Shown one piece after another: positions 1-13,845 of a DNA stretch of 64,000 nucleotides (positions within the stretch are counted from its first letter, which is position 1; the number at the start of each line of letters is the position of its first letter). The notes below the pieces were generated by a model that had not been told where the DNA came from, did not search any database, and saw only the letters and a program-made list of their open reading frames with translations. The DNA comes from Octopus sinensis (lineage: Eukaryota), in contig NC_042998.1 in NCBI RefSeq assembly GCF_006345805.1, forward strand, positions 103,974,001-104,038,000, read 5' to 3'. Position numbers and translations under genes: made by a program.

Positions 1-108
1 TACACATATGTGTGTGAGTGCATGACATACACACACTCACGCACACACACATATATATATACGTACATACATTACATATATTTCATATATAAATATGCGT
101 GTGTGTTT

Positions 109-170
109 CATACATACATACATACATACATACATACATACATACATACATACATACATACATACATACA

Positions 171-200
<30 letters not shown>
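109..200. repeat. (TACA)n microsatellite
   Basis: Direct tetranucleotide repeat; explains the YIHT/MYVC ORFs. Confidence 0.95.
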
Positions 201-202
<2 letters not shown>

Positions 203-585
203 AATACACACACACACGCACACATATATATATATGTTTATGAATGTATGTAAGCTTTCCTGAACTGGCGACATGCATTACATACTCAATGTGTCAAGGT
301 ACGTTGCTGGTAATCTGTTGCGATAAAAGCTGATATACAAGCATACTCTATGCTAATGCCTCACTCGTTGGCCTATTTAATTAATTCCTAGGAAGCAATT
401 TATATTTGATTGTCTTAATTGCACTCAACCATACACTAGTATGAATCAAAATCCATGAAAAGGTTTTATATTTGGCATTTGTTAATCGAAATTCTTTGCT
501 ATCTTATTTGGCGTCATACAACTAATGTTCTCATGTAACTGTAACTATAATGTACCAATCTATATATTCTTTATTCTTTTTATTT

Positions 586-914
586 TTATTTGTTTTAGTC
601 ATTTTACTGCTGCCATGCTAGAGCACTGCTTTCAGTCGAGCAAATCGACCTCTTAGCTTATTCTTTGTAAGCCTAGTACGTATTCTGTCGGTCTCTTTTG
701 CCGAACGGTCAAGTTACGGGGACGGACACACATTAGTATCGGTTGTCAAGCGATGTTGGGGGGACAAACGCAGACAAACAAACATATGCATACACATGCA
801 TATGCATACATATATGTATATACGATGGGCTTCTTTTCGTTTCTGCCTACCAAATCCACTAACAAGGTTTTGGTCGGCCCGAGCCTATAGTAGAAGACAC
901 TTACCCAAGATGCA
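586..914 (-). mobile_element. tRNA-derived SINE, family A (internal microsatellite), head truncated
   Basis: Reverse complement matches the copy at 16871-17266 (ggcaagtgtcttctactatagcc...gtcgatttgctcgact...gcagtcaaatgactgaaac). Confidence 0.85.
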
Positions 915-1370
915 ACTTAAATTGAGAACATGTCATTATATTAACCAAAAGATCTTGCTATGTCTGCGTTTGAGTATAAATATATACGGCCCCGGATATG
1001 AATGCATGAATAAGTGTGTTGTACTGTGTGTATGTGTTTGTGTGCGTGTGTTTATGTGTAGGTGTCTGCGTACGCGCGTGTGTGTGTGCGTATTTGTGAA
1101 CGTGTGTACGCTCCTCTGGATTTTGTTGCATAAGTTTTAAATCTATCGTTTTCTGGAGCAGATCCGTTAAGTGATGGGGATATAAGCAAGCCAAAACCAT
1201 TTGTCAAGTGTTAATGAAGAACTAGCACAATCACACATATACACTCGTGTGCACGTGAATACACACAAACTGGTGCACACACACACACACACACACATAT
1301 GTATATATATACATATATATATATATATATAATATATAATATATATATATATATAATATATATATATATA

Positions 1371-2940
<1,570 letters not shown>

Positions 2941-3721
2941 GATAGATAGAGAGAAGGGAGAGATACATGAGTGTTTATAAGAGAAAAATAGAGACAAAGA
3001 TAGCGATAGGTATATATAGAGAGAGGGAGCGGCGAATGTGTGTGTGTGTGTGTGTGTGTGCATATGTGTGCGCGCGCGTGTGTGTGTGGTTGATGTGAAA
3101 TAGATGAATAACTGCTGTTGCTAATGAGACATGGGCTGTTTGTGACTTAAGTGTCCGTCTGACTCTTCTGACTCTGAATAAACGCTAACGACTGGACAGC
3201 CAAGCGAAAATCTATGACTCATCACCACAACGATTATGAGAAAGTGACCCAGGCAATGACAGGTTTATTAAGAAAACTTCATGGTTCAAGATACCGTTAC
3301 GACGTTGCGATACGGACAAATAGACGAAAAATGGCTGCCCCATTTATGTCTAATGGCGGACACCTAATTGAGTTGTTAAAACCTAATTTTCTTCTTTCAG
3401 TTCGCTTTTCTCTTTTTTGTATGAATTTTCTTTCAGAATGTCTTGGTCTTGTTTTCATTCTCTCTCATATTTTTGTATTTATGATTGCTTGCTTCTTTCG
3501 TTGCAAGAATCAATTATTTTTAACAGTCATTTGTTTTACTTATTTACGTTATTTTTTCTTTTATTGTTCTTTTCTTTCGTATTACACACCCACATACCCA
3601 TACACATACATGCACATACACACGTTAATACGCACACACGTATACATACAAACACAGAGTCAGATAGATTACACACACATACATATGCACTTTTATACAT
3701 ATACATACATGTATATGTGTC

Positions 3722-3772
<51 letters not shown>

Positions 3773-3831
3773 GTGCATATATTATTACATATATACATGT
3801 ACACAGACACAGACACACACACACACACACA

Positions 3832-3925
<94 letters not shown>

Positions 3926-3962
3926 TATACACACACGAACACCTATACATATATAGAAGTAG

Positions 3963-4200
3963 ATCTGGAGGCTCATCGGTTTGTTATTAAGGTGTTGACC
4001 TCACAATCATAAGATTGTGTTTTCGAGTCCCAGAGCTGGCGGTGCACTGTGTTCATGTGCAAAACATTTCATATCACGTTGCTCTACTCCATTCAGCTGC
4101 ACATCGGTAAGGCTGCGATGGACTGGCATTCTATTCTGGGAAAATGAAGTGATTTGCTCTATGACACAACGCATCACCGGTCAGAGAAGCGAAACCATGA
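3963..4200 (+). mobile_element. Degenerate tRNA-derived SINE, family C
   Basis: B-box-like tttcgagtcc then gtgcaaaacatttcatatcacgttgct...cagctg, shared with 41700-42290. Confidence 0.65.
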
Positions 4201-4265
4201 TCTTGCGTTCGTGAATGCACCACGCTAGACACTAAAACAAGGGAATTCGCTTATATAACTGTATA

Positions 4266-4486
4266 CGAGGTGGTGCTGAAACGTTCCTGACTTTGGCCAA
4301 AAAAATATATACAGGAGGATCAGTTAATTAGGATTTTATCCATCATATTTCCCTCTCAGATTCATACACTTATTGCAGCAGGCCTTCAGTTTTTCTAAGC
4401 CCTGTAAAAGAACTAGGAAGCTTGGGCCTCCAACCAGGTTTTTCAAGGCACCCGTTAAACCAGGAATTTTTCAGCATGCCCTCTTG
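4266..4486. mobile_element. Mariner-derived MITE
   Basis: Imperfect TIRs (cgaggtggtgctgaaacgttcctg / caggaatttttcagcatgccctcttg) with TA at 4264-4265 and 4487-4488; minus strand carries a mariner-like C-terminal remnant (CNKCMNLRGKY). Confidence 0.75.
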
Positions 4487-4500
4487 TAAAATGAGCAAAC

Positions 4501-4514
4501 GATAGATAGACAGG

Positions 4515-4556
<42 letters not shown>

Positions 4557-4571
4557 AACATACAGACAGAC

Positions 4572-4668
<97 letters not shown>
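4501..4668. repeat. (GACA)n/(GATA)n microsatellite
   Basis: Direct reading. Confidence 0.95.
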
Positions 4669-4670
<2 letters not shown>

Positions 4671-4936
4671 AACGGTTGGAGGCGCAAAGGAGTCGTTAAA
4701 TCGTAATTAGGTCCGGTTTGAAATCTTGAGGCAGTATCTGCGGCAAATGTATTTTCCTGTATCCTCAGTTTGCCTGTATTATTGCTAAACGGAATCTATG
4801 TGGAAGCCTGTCGAATGGGTTGTACTCCAAATTCTAATATCACATGCTAAATCGTTGTTCGCGTGAATCTGTTCTTGGAATAACTGATCTTACCTCATTC
4901 CCCCGAAATTGCTGGCCTTGTGCCTATTGTAGAAAA

Positions 4937-4962
4937 GATCATCATCATCATTATTATCATCA

Positions 4963-5014
<52 letters not shown>

Positions 5015-5071
5015 GATTATTATTATTATTATTATTATTATCATCATCATCATCATCATAATTATTATTAT
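4937..5071. repeat. (CAT)n/(TAT)n microsatellite
   Basis: Direct reading. Confidence 0.95.
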
Positions 5072-5078
5072 AAAGCCA

Positions 5079-5805
5079 GCGAGCTGGCAGAATTGTCAGC
5101 ACGCCGGGTGAAATGCTTATTTTGTATTTCGTCTGCCGCTACGTTCTGAGTTCAAATTCCGCCGAGGTTGACTTTACCTTTCATCCTTTCGGGGTCGATT
5201 AAATAAGTACTAGTTACGCACTGGGTCGATATAATCGATTTAATCCGTTTGTCTGTCCTTGTTTGTCGCTTCTGTGTGTAACCCCTTGTGGGTAGTAAAG
5301 AAATAGGTATCTCGTCTGCCGCTACGTTCTGAGTTCAAATACCGCCGAGGTCGACTTTGCCATTCATCCTTTCGGGGTCGATAAATTAAGTACCAGTTAC
5401 GCACTGTGTTCGCTGTAATCGACATAATCCGTTTGTCTCTCCTTGTTTGTCCCCTCTGTGTTAGCCCTTTGTGGGTAGTAAAGAAATAGGTATTTCGTCT
5501 GCCGCTACGTTCTGAGTTCAAATTCCGCCGAGGTCGACTTTGCATTTCGGGGTCGATTAAATAAGTACCAGTTACGCACTGGTGTCGATATAATCGACTT
5601 AATCCGTTTGTCTGTCCTTGATTTTCCTCCCTGTGTTTAGCCCATTGTGGGTAGTAAAGGAATAGGTATTTCGTCTGCCACTACGGACGACTTTGCCTTC
5701 ATCCATTCAGGGTCGATAAATTAAGTACTAGTTGAACACTGCATTCGATGTGATCGACTCATGCCTCCCCCAATATGGCTTCCCTTGTGGCAAAATTTGA
5801 AATTA
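5079..5805 (+). mobile_element. Head-to-tail array of four SINE family B units (Deu/Nin-like core)
   Basis: Junction aataggtat at 5306, 5489 and 5665 (spacing 183 and 176 bp); units carry B-box-like gagttcaaat (deleted in unit 4) and core cctttcatcctttcggggtcgataaattaagtaccagtt. The Deu/Nin resemblance is from memory. Confidence 0.85.
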
Positions 5806-5829
5806 TAATAATAATTATTATTAATATTA

Positions 5830-6990
5830 TCATTGATGTACTCCTTTCATTCTCCGTAGTTCGCGGAGATTGGAGTTACCAGGTAGTTGCTTAATATACT
5901 TCTCAGCTCCCTTCTTTATCATTCCCAACACGCCAATTGCTACTTGTATTATCGTAGTACTAAGCTTCCACATTTTTATGGTTTCAATTTGCAAATATTT
6001 TAGTGAGAAATATGTTGGTATTCCTTTCTTCTTTTGATCTTGTGGGAGAGATATATTTATTAACAGACAAGTTCCTCTGTTGTAGACCTTGATCACAATG
6101 TCTGGTCGATTGGAGTCAATTTTTGTTTGTTTGCATTGGGAAATTGCGAGTATGGTGACGCCCTCGCCATTTATACATCTTCTGAATAGTGCCTATACCA
6201 CTTATCATAAGATTTAATTTTGTAGCATGTATAAGCATTCCTATGAATGTACTGCCCTAGTCTGTCATATCTTATGAGGTACTTCTTTTCAGTGAGGACT
6301 GGGGAGCCAGAAACAGCATGATCAATTGTCGCTGTGAATTTTCCGCAAATTTTGCACAAGGTGTCAGATTCATCTTTAAGGATGTTTGCATAGTAGTTTC
6401 TGATAGGTAAGCTCTGACCTTGCGCTGCAATAACAAAACTTTCTGTTTCCCCTTTCAGACAGTTGTCTTCGATATTATTCACACGAACCTTTGCATTTCG
6501 TTTGATGTTTTTGCATCAATGATAGATTTGTCACTAGTTGGATCTTTTTGATCTTTCAGATTGTTAATTTCTAAATCAGGAGAAGCAATGGTAGGACTGT
6601 CAGTATTTGGGTGTCTTTGGTCATTTTTATTATTAAGTTTTAGGCCAAGAGACTTTTTATATTTCTGACTAAGCTTCATGAGTGAAACTTGCTTGGAACC
6701 CTCATGCTTCAGTGCAGGTCACAAGGGCACATCGCTTGTTGTATTAAGGAACGTGTTAAGGTATATTATTTCTGACTTGAAGGATTGTTCGAGCTGTATC
6801 AGGCCACTTCCAACTATTTTTCTTGGGAGACACATCCTTCTTACATCTGATTTTGGATGGTACATTCGGTACCATGTAAAGATTTTACGGATCTTTCCAT
6901 CCCTATTTTTCATGTCAGTGAGACTCCATTTAATGATACCGAAGCTATATGTAGTTACCGGTATGGCCAATGAATTGATTGCATTACTTC
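5830..6990 (-). mobile_element. R4/Dong-type RLE LINE fragment (RT C-terminus, zinc knuckle, REL endonuclease), pseudogenised
   Basis: ORF pieces AIPVTTYSFGIIKW..HPKSDVRRMCLPRK, ETESFVIAAQGQSL..CKICGKFTATIDHAVSGSP, MWKLSTTIIQVAIGVLGMI. Confidence 0.85.
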
Positions 6991-7006
6991 AAGTAGTAGT
7001 AGTAGT

Positions 7007-7044
<38 letters not shown>

Positions 7045-7061
7045 TAGTAGTAGTAGCAATG

Positions 7062-7225
7062 CTGTGAGCTGGCAGAATCGTTAGCACGCCGGACAAAATG
7101 CTTAGCGACATTTCGTCCGCCTTTACGTTCAAATTCCGCCTAGGCCGACTTTACCTTTCATCCTTTCGTGAGCATTGGTATCGATGTAATCGACCCTAAT
7201 TCTCAGCGAAATTCCTGGCCTTCTC
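7062..7225 (+). mobile_element. SINE family B, degenerate
   Basis: gagctggcagaatcgttagcacgccgg...cctttcatcctttc. Confidence 0.75.
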
Positions 7226-7240
7226 TTATCATGGAAGATA

Positions 7241-7640
7241 GCGAGCTGGCAGAATCGTTAGCACGTTAGGCGAAATGCTTAGCGGTATTTCGTCTGCCGC
7301 TACCTTCTAATTTCGAATTCCACCGAGGTCGATTTTACCTTTCATCCTTTCGGGTTCGATAAATTAAGTACCAGTTACGCACTGGGGTCAACGTAATCGA
7401 CTTAATACCTTTGTCTGTCCTTGTTTGAGCCCTCTATGTTTAGCCCTTTGTGGGCAATAAAGAAATAAGAATCGTTAAGCGGTATTTCGTCTGCTGCTAC
7501 GTTCTAAGTTCAAATTCTGTCGCGGTCGACTTTGCCTTTCATCCTCACAGCGTCGATTAAATAAGTACAAGTTACGCACTGGGGTCAATGTAACCGGCTT
7601 CATTCCCTACCCCATGCTGCCCTTGTGACAAAAACTTAAC
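7241..7640 (+). mobile_element. SINE family B dimer
   Basis: Head-core-linker, then restart at 7469 (gaatcgtta agcggtatttcg) and a second core with the terminal-type tail. Confidence 0.8.
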
Positions 7641-7643
7641 ATT

Positions 7644-7691
7644 ATTATTGTTGTTGTTGTTGTTGTTGTTCTTCTTCTTCTTCTTCTTCTT

Positions 7692-7722
<31 letters not shown>

Positions 7723-7734
7723 TTATTATTATTA

Positions 7735-7798
<64 letters not shown>
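7644..7798. repeat. Compound (GTT)n(CTT)n(ATT)n microsatellite
   Basis: Direct reading. Confidence 0.95.
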
Positions 7799-7801
<3 letters not shown>

Positions 7802-8219
7802 TAGTTTTATTTTTATAGCGTGCTTTCACTTCACTACCGAGCGCAGCTCTGTGTGCTTGGGTATGTGCTGTGATTTGTTGAGATGCTCTGATGGTTATTG
7901 TATGGAAAGTGTTCTGCGTAGGATGTGTGCAGTGCCTAGTAGTGCAATTTTCTGTATGTTATATGTGTTTGTAAGTCCTGGTGTTTTTGTTATGTATTTG
8001 TCTGAATATTTTTTTATCATGCCTAATGCACCTACTATGATAGGAATTGTTTCTGTTTTTAGATTCCACATTCTGGTTACCTCTATTTCCAGGTTTTTGT
8101 ATTTTTAAAGTTTCTCCATTTCTTTTAGAGACACGTTGTCATCTGCCGGTATTGATACATCAATTAGAAAGCATTTCTTTTCTTCATGATCTCTGACAAC
8201 TATATCTGGTCTGTTGGCC
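7799..8219 (-). mobile_element. 3' end of an R4/Dong-type LINE (REL endonuclease domain plus 3' UTR)
   Basis: Minus-strand translation NRPDIVVRDHEEKKCFLIDVSIPADDNVSLKEMEKL*KYKNLEIEVTRMWNLKTETIPIIVGALGMIKK; (TAA)n on both sides. Confidence 0.9.
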
Positions 8220-8268
8220 TGATATATATTATTATTATTATTATTATCATTATTATTATTATTATTAT

Positions 8269-8369
<101 letters not shown>

Positions 8370-8418
8370 TTGAAAAGGGCTGTAGATTGATAGAATTGTT
8401 ACAACTTCGGAAAAATGC

Positions 8419-8480
8419 TTCAAATTCCGCCGAGGTCGACTTTGCCTTTCATCCTTTCGAGGTCGATAAAATTAAATACC
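8419..8480 (+). mobile_element. SINE family B core fragment
   Basis: ttcaaattccgccgaggtcgactttgcctttcatcctttcgaggtcgataaa. Confidence 0.75.
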
Positions 8481-8599
8481 TGTTGCGTAGAGTAGAAAAG
8501 AATATTTGTTTCCGTCCTCATTTCAAATCTGGCTGTGATCACCTTTGCTTTTCATCCCTCCGGGGTTGCTAGAATAAGCTACAATTCCAACAGCTCGAG

Positions 8600-9065
8600 C
8601 CGATGTTAACATTTCTTGACCTCAACAAGATCATCATGTTGATCATCATTGGTATATCAGTAGCAATGATGATCAACAATTTTCTCTCACCAATCTTGCT
8701 TCCCTTTGATGTTGATGTCGTTACTACTACTGCTACTATTCTCACTTTTGTTGTTGCTACTATTGATCATGTGGTTGACACTTCTGCTATTTTTTATTGC
8801 ACTTTTTACTGTGGCCATTATTGTTCCTTTTCTTGTTGCTTGTAGTATTGCTGTCGCTGCTGTACTTATTATTATTGATGCAATAGCAGTTGTTGTCTCT
8901 ACTACTGCTATTTTTGCTGTTTATTGTTGTTATTGTTATTGCTGTTGATGATTTCGTTATTATTACTCTTGTTGCTGTTGTTGTTATTGTAGTTTATGTT
9001 ATTTTTTGCCTTGTTTTTTTGTCTTTTGTTATTGTTGTTTTTGTTGTAGTTTTTGTTATTGTTGT
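8600..9065. repeat. Degenerate GTT/ATT/GAT trinucleotide low-complexity tract
   Basis: 3-bp periodicity; stops break the Asn-rich minus frames. Confidence 0.75.
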
Positions 9066-11744
9066 TTGCCATCCTTTGCGTTGTCGGCTCCAGACAATTT
9101 TGTATCTAGAACGTCCATATTAAAGAAAGACACAGAAATACTTATTACATAATTCATACAACCTTTAGTGCAATATCAACACGTTGTTCTTATTAAACAA
9201 ATTTCGACGATAACATCGTATTTTGATGTCCTATATTCATACCAGAGAGAATATTATTAATCAATATATCTAAATGCGATCGATATTTCCTCCAATGTAA
9301 TGATCTACCATAACACTGTGTTTATTTCTTTTTAAATTCAAACAGCAAAATAAATATAAGTATTGCATATTTATGTCACTGGAAATGGTTCCTGCCATTT
9401 GATCTAAGCAATTTGTTAATTCGCTTTCTTTATTTTACATCCTTAGATTTATCTATTTTTTTACTTTATTTATTATCTTTCTTTGTAATTTTCTTTGTGT
9501 TTTTTTTTTCCTTCTTAAATTCAACATCTTATATTCAGTCGAGATAAATATGGTATTTGAATAGAAATCTGTTGTGTGCTAAATCGAAAATATTCCAGAA
9601 TTTTTCCTGGCAAATAACTGCAAAAGTCAACATTCATACTGGAAAGATTTGATTCGATTAAAAGGCATAAATCTATCTAACAATTGAAGATGAAGCTACG
9701 TTGTTGTTGTTGTTATTGATGTTTTGTTGTCCTTGCTATGGTTGTTGTCTTGTTGTTCATCTATCCTTGGTTTGATATAGCAGAACTATGATCGAAAGCT
9801 TCCAACTAAGACATGTTTGTCTATGTAATGAATTCTTTTAATATTTTTTTCTGCAGAAATATCAGTGAAAGCCCCTTCAAATTACACCCTGCCGTCTGAA
9901 AGAGAAAGGACATATTGGTTTACTGTAGTCATAAATCTATTGTGACAGATGAAGTTTACTTTCTTTCAATTGCAAATATTTCATGACATTTCTAAAGTCA
10001 GACAATATGAAAGCTCAAGAAATACATGTTTTAAAAATATCGTTGCTGTTTATCTTCTGGTCTGTCCTAATTGAATTAACCTACGATAAAAGTCATTCAA
10101 ACTATAGCTATACAGTTTTTCCCGACTTGCAGGAAACACACGACCATGTTATCCAATGTGCTCTTTTCTGAGTTAAGAAAGTGTGAGCTTAGAGAAATTT
10201 GGCAGATATTTCTAACAAGTCAAGAGACCACATTGAGATTTCATCGCTAGAAGCACACTCGACGGATGAGAATTTAGACAAAACTGATATTTGAAATGAC
10301 GACCGGCTTATGATTTATTTTCAAATAGCTTAACCAACATGACAATGCAGAATATATGGCCTTGGGATGTTTCCCAAAACTAGTGAGATTGATACTCTCA
10401 TAGCTGAAGGATGGTTAGTCAACATCAGAATACACACATAAGCAAGCATAACATGTGGCGAGAATGAAAACTCAGAGGGCTGACAGACTGCGCGTGGAAA
10501 GTTTCGGTACAAAATTCATTACAGTGGATCTACTTCGATACGTCACCAAAATAATGACAGGAGAAGGAAGTACAGTTGTGTTGGTTGCGTTAAATAGCTA
10601 GGAGCTGCATGAAGCTATCTCAAAATCGCGGAAGCCTTTGGAGTAATGATATAATACAGCCAAGAGTGAATAAACTGAATTTCTGTGGATCAGAGATTAT
10701 AAGATAACTTGGTGAGTAATTCATTATCAATCAGTAGGAAGTTCTTTTGGAATGCGTCCTAGAAAGTTTGTGCAAGCATTAACAGTGCGGTCCCCACATC
10801 TGAAAGTGTTTGAAATGATATTGTATGATGTAAATAACTTTCTGCGTGACCTAAGCATTGGAGAGAGAAACGAATGTAAATGGACAAATGAATTGTGCAG
10901 TAAGATCATCGTCGGCTTATCTTTTACTCCATAGCGATTGACTTTTACATGAATAATTACATACAATTGTTATTATAGATTCACATCTGTAGCGATTATG
11001 GCTATATATAAGGCCATTTATTGAAGATTTTCAAACAAAGACATTTATTACAATGTCTAAAATAAAACGATTGTCAAATTATCATTTTTTATTGCTAGCA
11101 AATGGTAGCTTGCGGCTCAAACGATCGACTTGAATATTCTATATAGAAACGACGTTTTGCAGACTCATGTTCGGCAAAAACCTGTGGAACCCCTGACAAA
11201 AACATTCACCAGTAGTTAGTTGTACTCTGTTTTGTTCCCAGTTAAAATTCCAATTCCAATTCCAGGTGGTGTTGGATAGAACAAAATTTGTTCGGTCCAA
11301 GTTATATTATTAGATAGCAATTATGTAGAATATGTGGTGTGAGTGTTGGTGGAGATATTCAGCATATATTATAACACCAGATATCGATTATATATTTGTG
11401 TTGTACTATTAGTTGGTTATAAATAGAGTATTTATTGTACGGTTGGTCCTATTTTATTGCATAGCAAAATTATTTTGGACTACCTAAAGTTGTAAGGCCT
11501 GATATAGCCCTCATATTTTTGTTTGCGTCTTTATTTAATATATTTACTGCAGCTATTAATATAGATAATGCTTTCATTAATATATCACACATCCCACCCA
11601 TTTCTGCTTGAACGTACTATTTGAGAGTTCCTTGACTTTTTACAGAACTTTTAAATAAACACAACAAAATGCCTTTCAGAGCACATAAATAGTCGTTTGA
11701 CTCCTTGAAAATCATATCTGAGCATTTAGCTATGATCTTTCAAT

Positions 11745-11791
<47 letters not shown>

Positions 11792-11839
11792 TAAATAAAA
11801 CATATGCATATATATATATACATATATGTACGTACCTAC

Positions 11840-12360
11840 CTCTACATGTATATATACACGCATATATGGGTACAGAACACCCCAAAAACGTCGAACACAA
11901 TGAGAAACGAAAACATAAACACAAAACCAAGGAACTGGACATTTTTCTTAAACAACAAAAAAATAGAGTACAGGACAAATAACACAAGGAAAATTCCCCT
12001 TCTTCAGTCACCATGGTTTCATCTACTCTGCGTTTCGAAGGTGAAGGCGATACGCATCTTCGATAGAAACTTTCCTTCCTGCGAAAAGCAAATCAAATAA
12101 AATTTGAGATCTTTTTGCAGAGGGGTAAAAATGGTAACAAAAACAGGACAGTAACGACAGTACAAAATATAAACAGTAAAAGACAGGACAAGGAGAATAA
12201 CAAGACAAGAAGGGCTGTTAAGCCGAACGAAAAGAAGTATTACGAATGCTATTTTTGAGGACGGCGAAGGAGCAAAGAAAATGCCGTCCACACTTCAAGG
12301 AAGTCAGGCCAGAAAGACAGTAGCAGAGCTCTCGTCGCAGGTTAACGGCGGGAGGGAGGA
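11840..12360 (-). mobile_element. Retroelement 3' tail, probably Penelope-associated; related to 48410-48670
   Basis: Both share aaagcaaat(c/t)aaataaaatttgagat...tggtaacaaaaacaggacagt, end a minus frame in RNAE* and are followed by ctga(a/g)gaaggg. Confidence 0.45.
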
Positions 12361-12406
12361 GGAGGAGCAAGAGAAAGGGAGAGAAAAAAAGGGAATGGTT
12401 GTGAGG

Positions 12407-13615
12407 AAAAATAATGGAAACACCTTAAAATTTCAAACAAATTCAATTTAATATAGGGTAGGACTGCCTTCAGGAGTAATTACAATTTGAATTCTACAAG
12501 GTATGAACTCATGTAAAGTTTGAATTGTTTCCAAAGGAATTTTTGTCCATTCTTCAGCTAAAACAGTCTCCAGTTCTTGTAGTGATGATGGTGGAGGATA
12601 TCGACTCCTTACTTGTTTTTCTGAAATGTACCATAAATGTTCAATAATATTGAGATCTAGAGACTGTGGTGGCCAGATAAAATGTTCAACTTCACTAGAA
12701 TGTTTCTCGTGTCATTCAGTAACAACTTTAGCTGTGTAAATTGGTGCATTATCATCCTGAAAGGTTGCGTTTATCTCCGGAAACAGTTCCGTAACCATAG
12801 GATGAATGTGATCGACTAGTAATTCTGCCATGAAGGGAAACCATTGCGTCGGCAGATTTCCAAGATATAGCCACCCAGATCATCACAGAACCTCTTCCAT
12901 GCTTTACAGTAGGAAGAAGACAGTCTGAGTCAAATGCTTCTTTTGACTGTCTCTACACGTATACTCGGCCGGTGGTCGGAAATAAGGTGAAAGACGACTC
13001 GTCCGAGAAATTAACATTCTTCCACTGCTCTGTAGGTTTTTACTCCACTCTAAACGCTTTGCAACATTTGTTTTTCAAAGTGGTGGTTTGGTGATTGCAG
13101 CGCTCCCATGAAATCCGGCTCTGTGCAGCTCCCGCCGAACAGTTTTGTGGAAAGTAGGTTCTCGAGGTGGTCATTAAGCTCTGCAGTAATTTTGGGAGCT
13201 GTACTTTTGTGATCTTTTCTAACAATTCGCGTAAGAATCTGTCCGTCCCTGTCTGAAAGTTTTGGTTTTCTTCCGGAGTTTTGTTTCGACGAGGAGGTTT
13301 TTCCCTCTTTCTCAAAGGCTGACATTACGTTCGAGACAGTACTTCTTAGTGCACCAAACATTTTGGCTGTTTTCGTTACGAGCACCAACAATTTGACCTC
13401 TTTGAAAGTCCAATAGATATGTTATTTTAATGAATTCTAATTACCTTTTTCTATTGATATCTGAAAAGAAACAGCAATTCTAGCAAAACATATAAAGCAA
13501 CAATAATAATAAATCAAAAAACATAAAAATAAACAAGCTCTTGTGGTTTTTTATAGATATTTCAAAATTATGATGCTATAAGGCTAGGTGTTTCCATTAT
13601 TTTGTCCAACACCTG
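12407..13615 (-). mobile_element. Tc1-like transposon, DD36E spacing, about 1.2 kb, pseudogenised
   Basis: 18-bp TIR match aaaataatggaaacacct (12407) / aggtgtttccattatttt (13586-13603); end ...cctg followed by TA at 13616-13617; HTH SGRKPKLSDRD; motifs FSDES, FQDDNAP...WPPQSLDLNIIE with 36 residues between D and E; internal stops. Confidence 0.9.
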
Positions 13616-13649
13616 TATGTATGCATGTATGTATGTATACATACATACA

Positions 13650-13687
<38 letters not shown>

Positions 13688-13690
<3 letters not shown>

Positions 13691-13845
13691 GGCGGGCTTT
13701 TTTTCAGTTTCCGTCAAACAAAAGCCACTGACTCAGGACTATAGTAGAAGACATTTGCCCAAGGTGCCACGCAGTGGGACTGAACCCAGAACCATGTGGT
13801 TGGGAAGTAAGCTTCTTAGCACACAACCACACCTGTGCCCATGCC
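13688..13845 (-). mobile_element. SINE family A, 5' half
   Basis: gtgggactgaacccagaaccatgtggttgggaag, reverse of the tRNA-like head. Confidence 0.85.

Noticed and set aside
3214-3990. 258-aa ORF as a gene
   Set aside because: Most of it is T-rich or microsatellite sequence, with no recognisable domain.
4742-4774. Minus-strand GGCAAA-CTGAGGA-TACAG-GAAA-ATACA-TTTGCC hammerhead-like pattern
   Set aside because: Helix I is good, but there is no helix II and no UH triplet; too degenerate to call.
5079-5805. CRISPR-like or tRNA-gene array
   Set aside because: Units are long diverged SINE bodies without unique spacers; the heads have A/B-box-like motifs but no complete cloverleaf.
8600-9115. Asn-rich minus-strand coding exon
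   Set aside because: Stops and frame changes interrupt it; it fits a decayed trinucleotide tract.
11975-12015. CTGAAGA core on the minus strand (similar CTGAGGA near 48430)
   Set aside because: No GAAA or helix III follows, so it is not a complete hammerhead.
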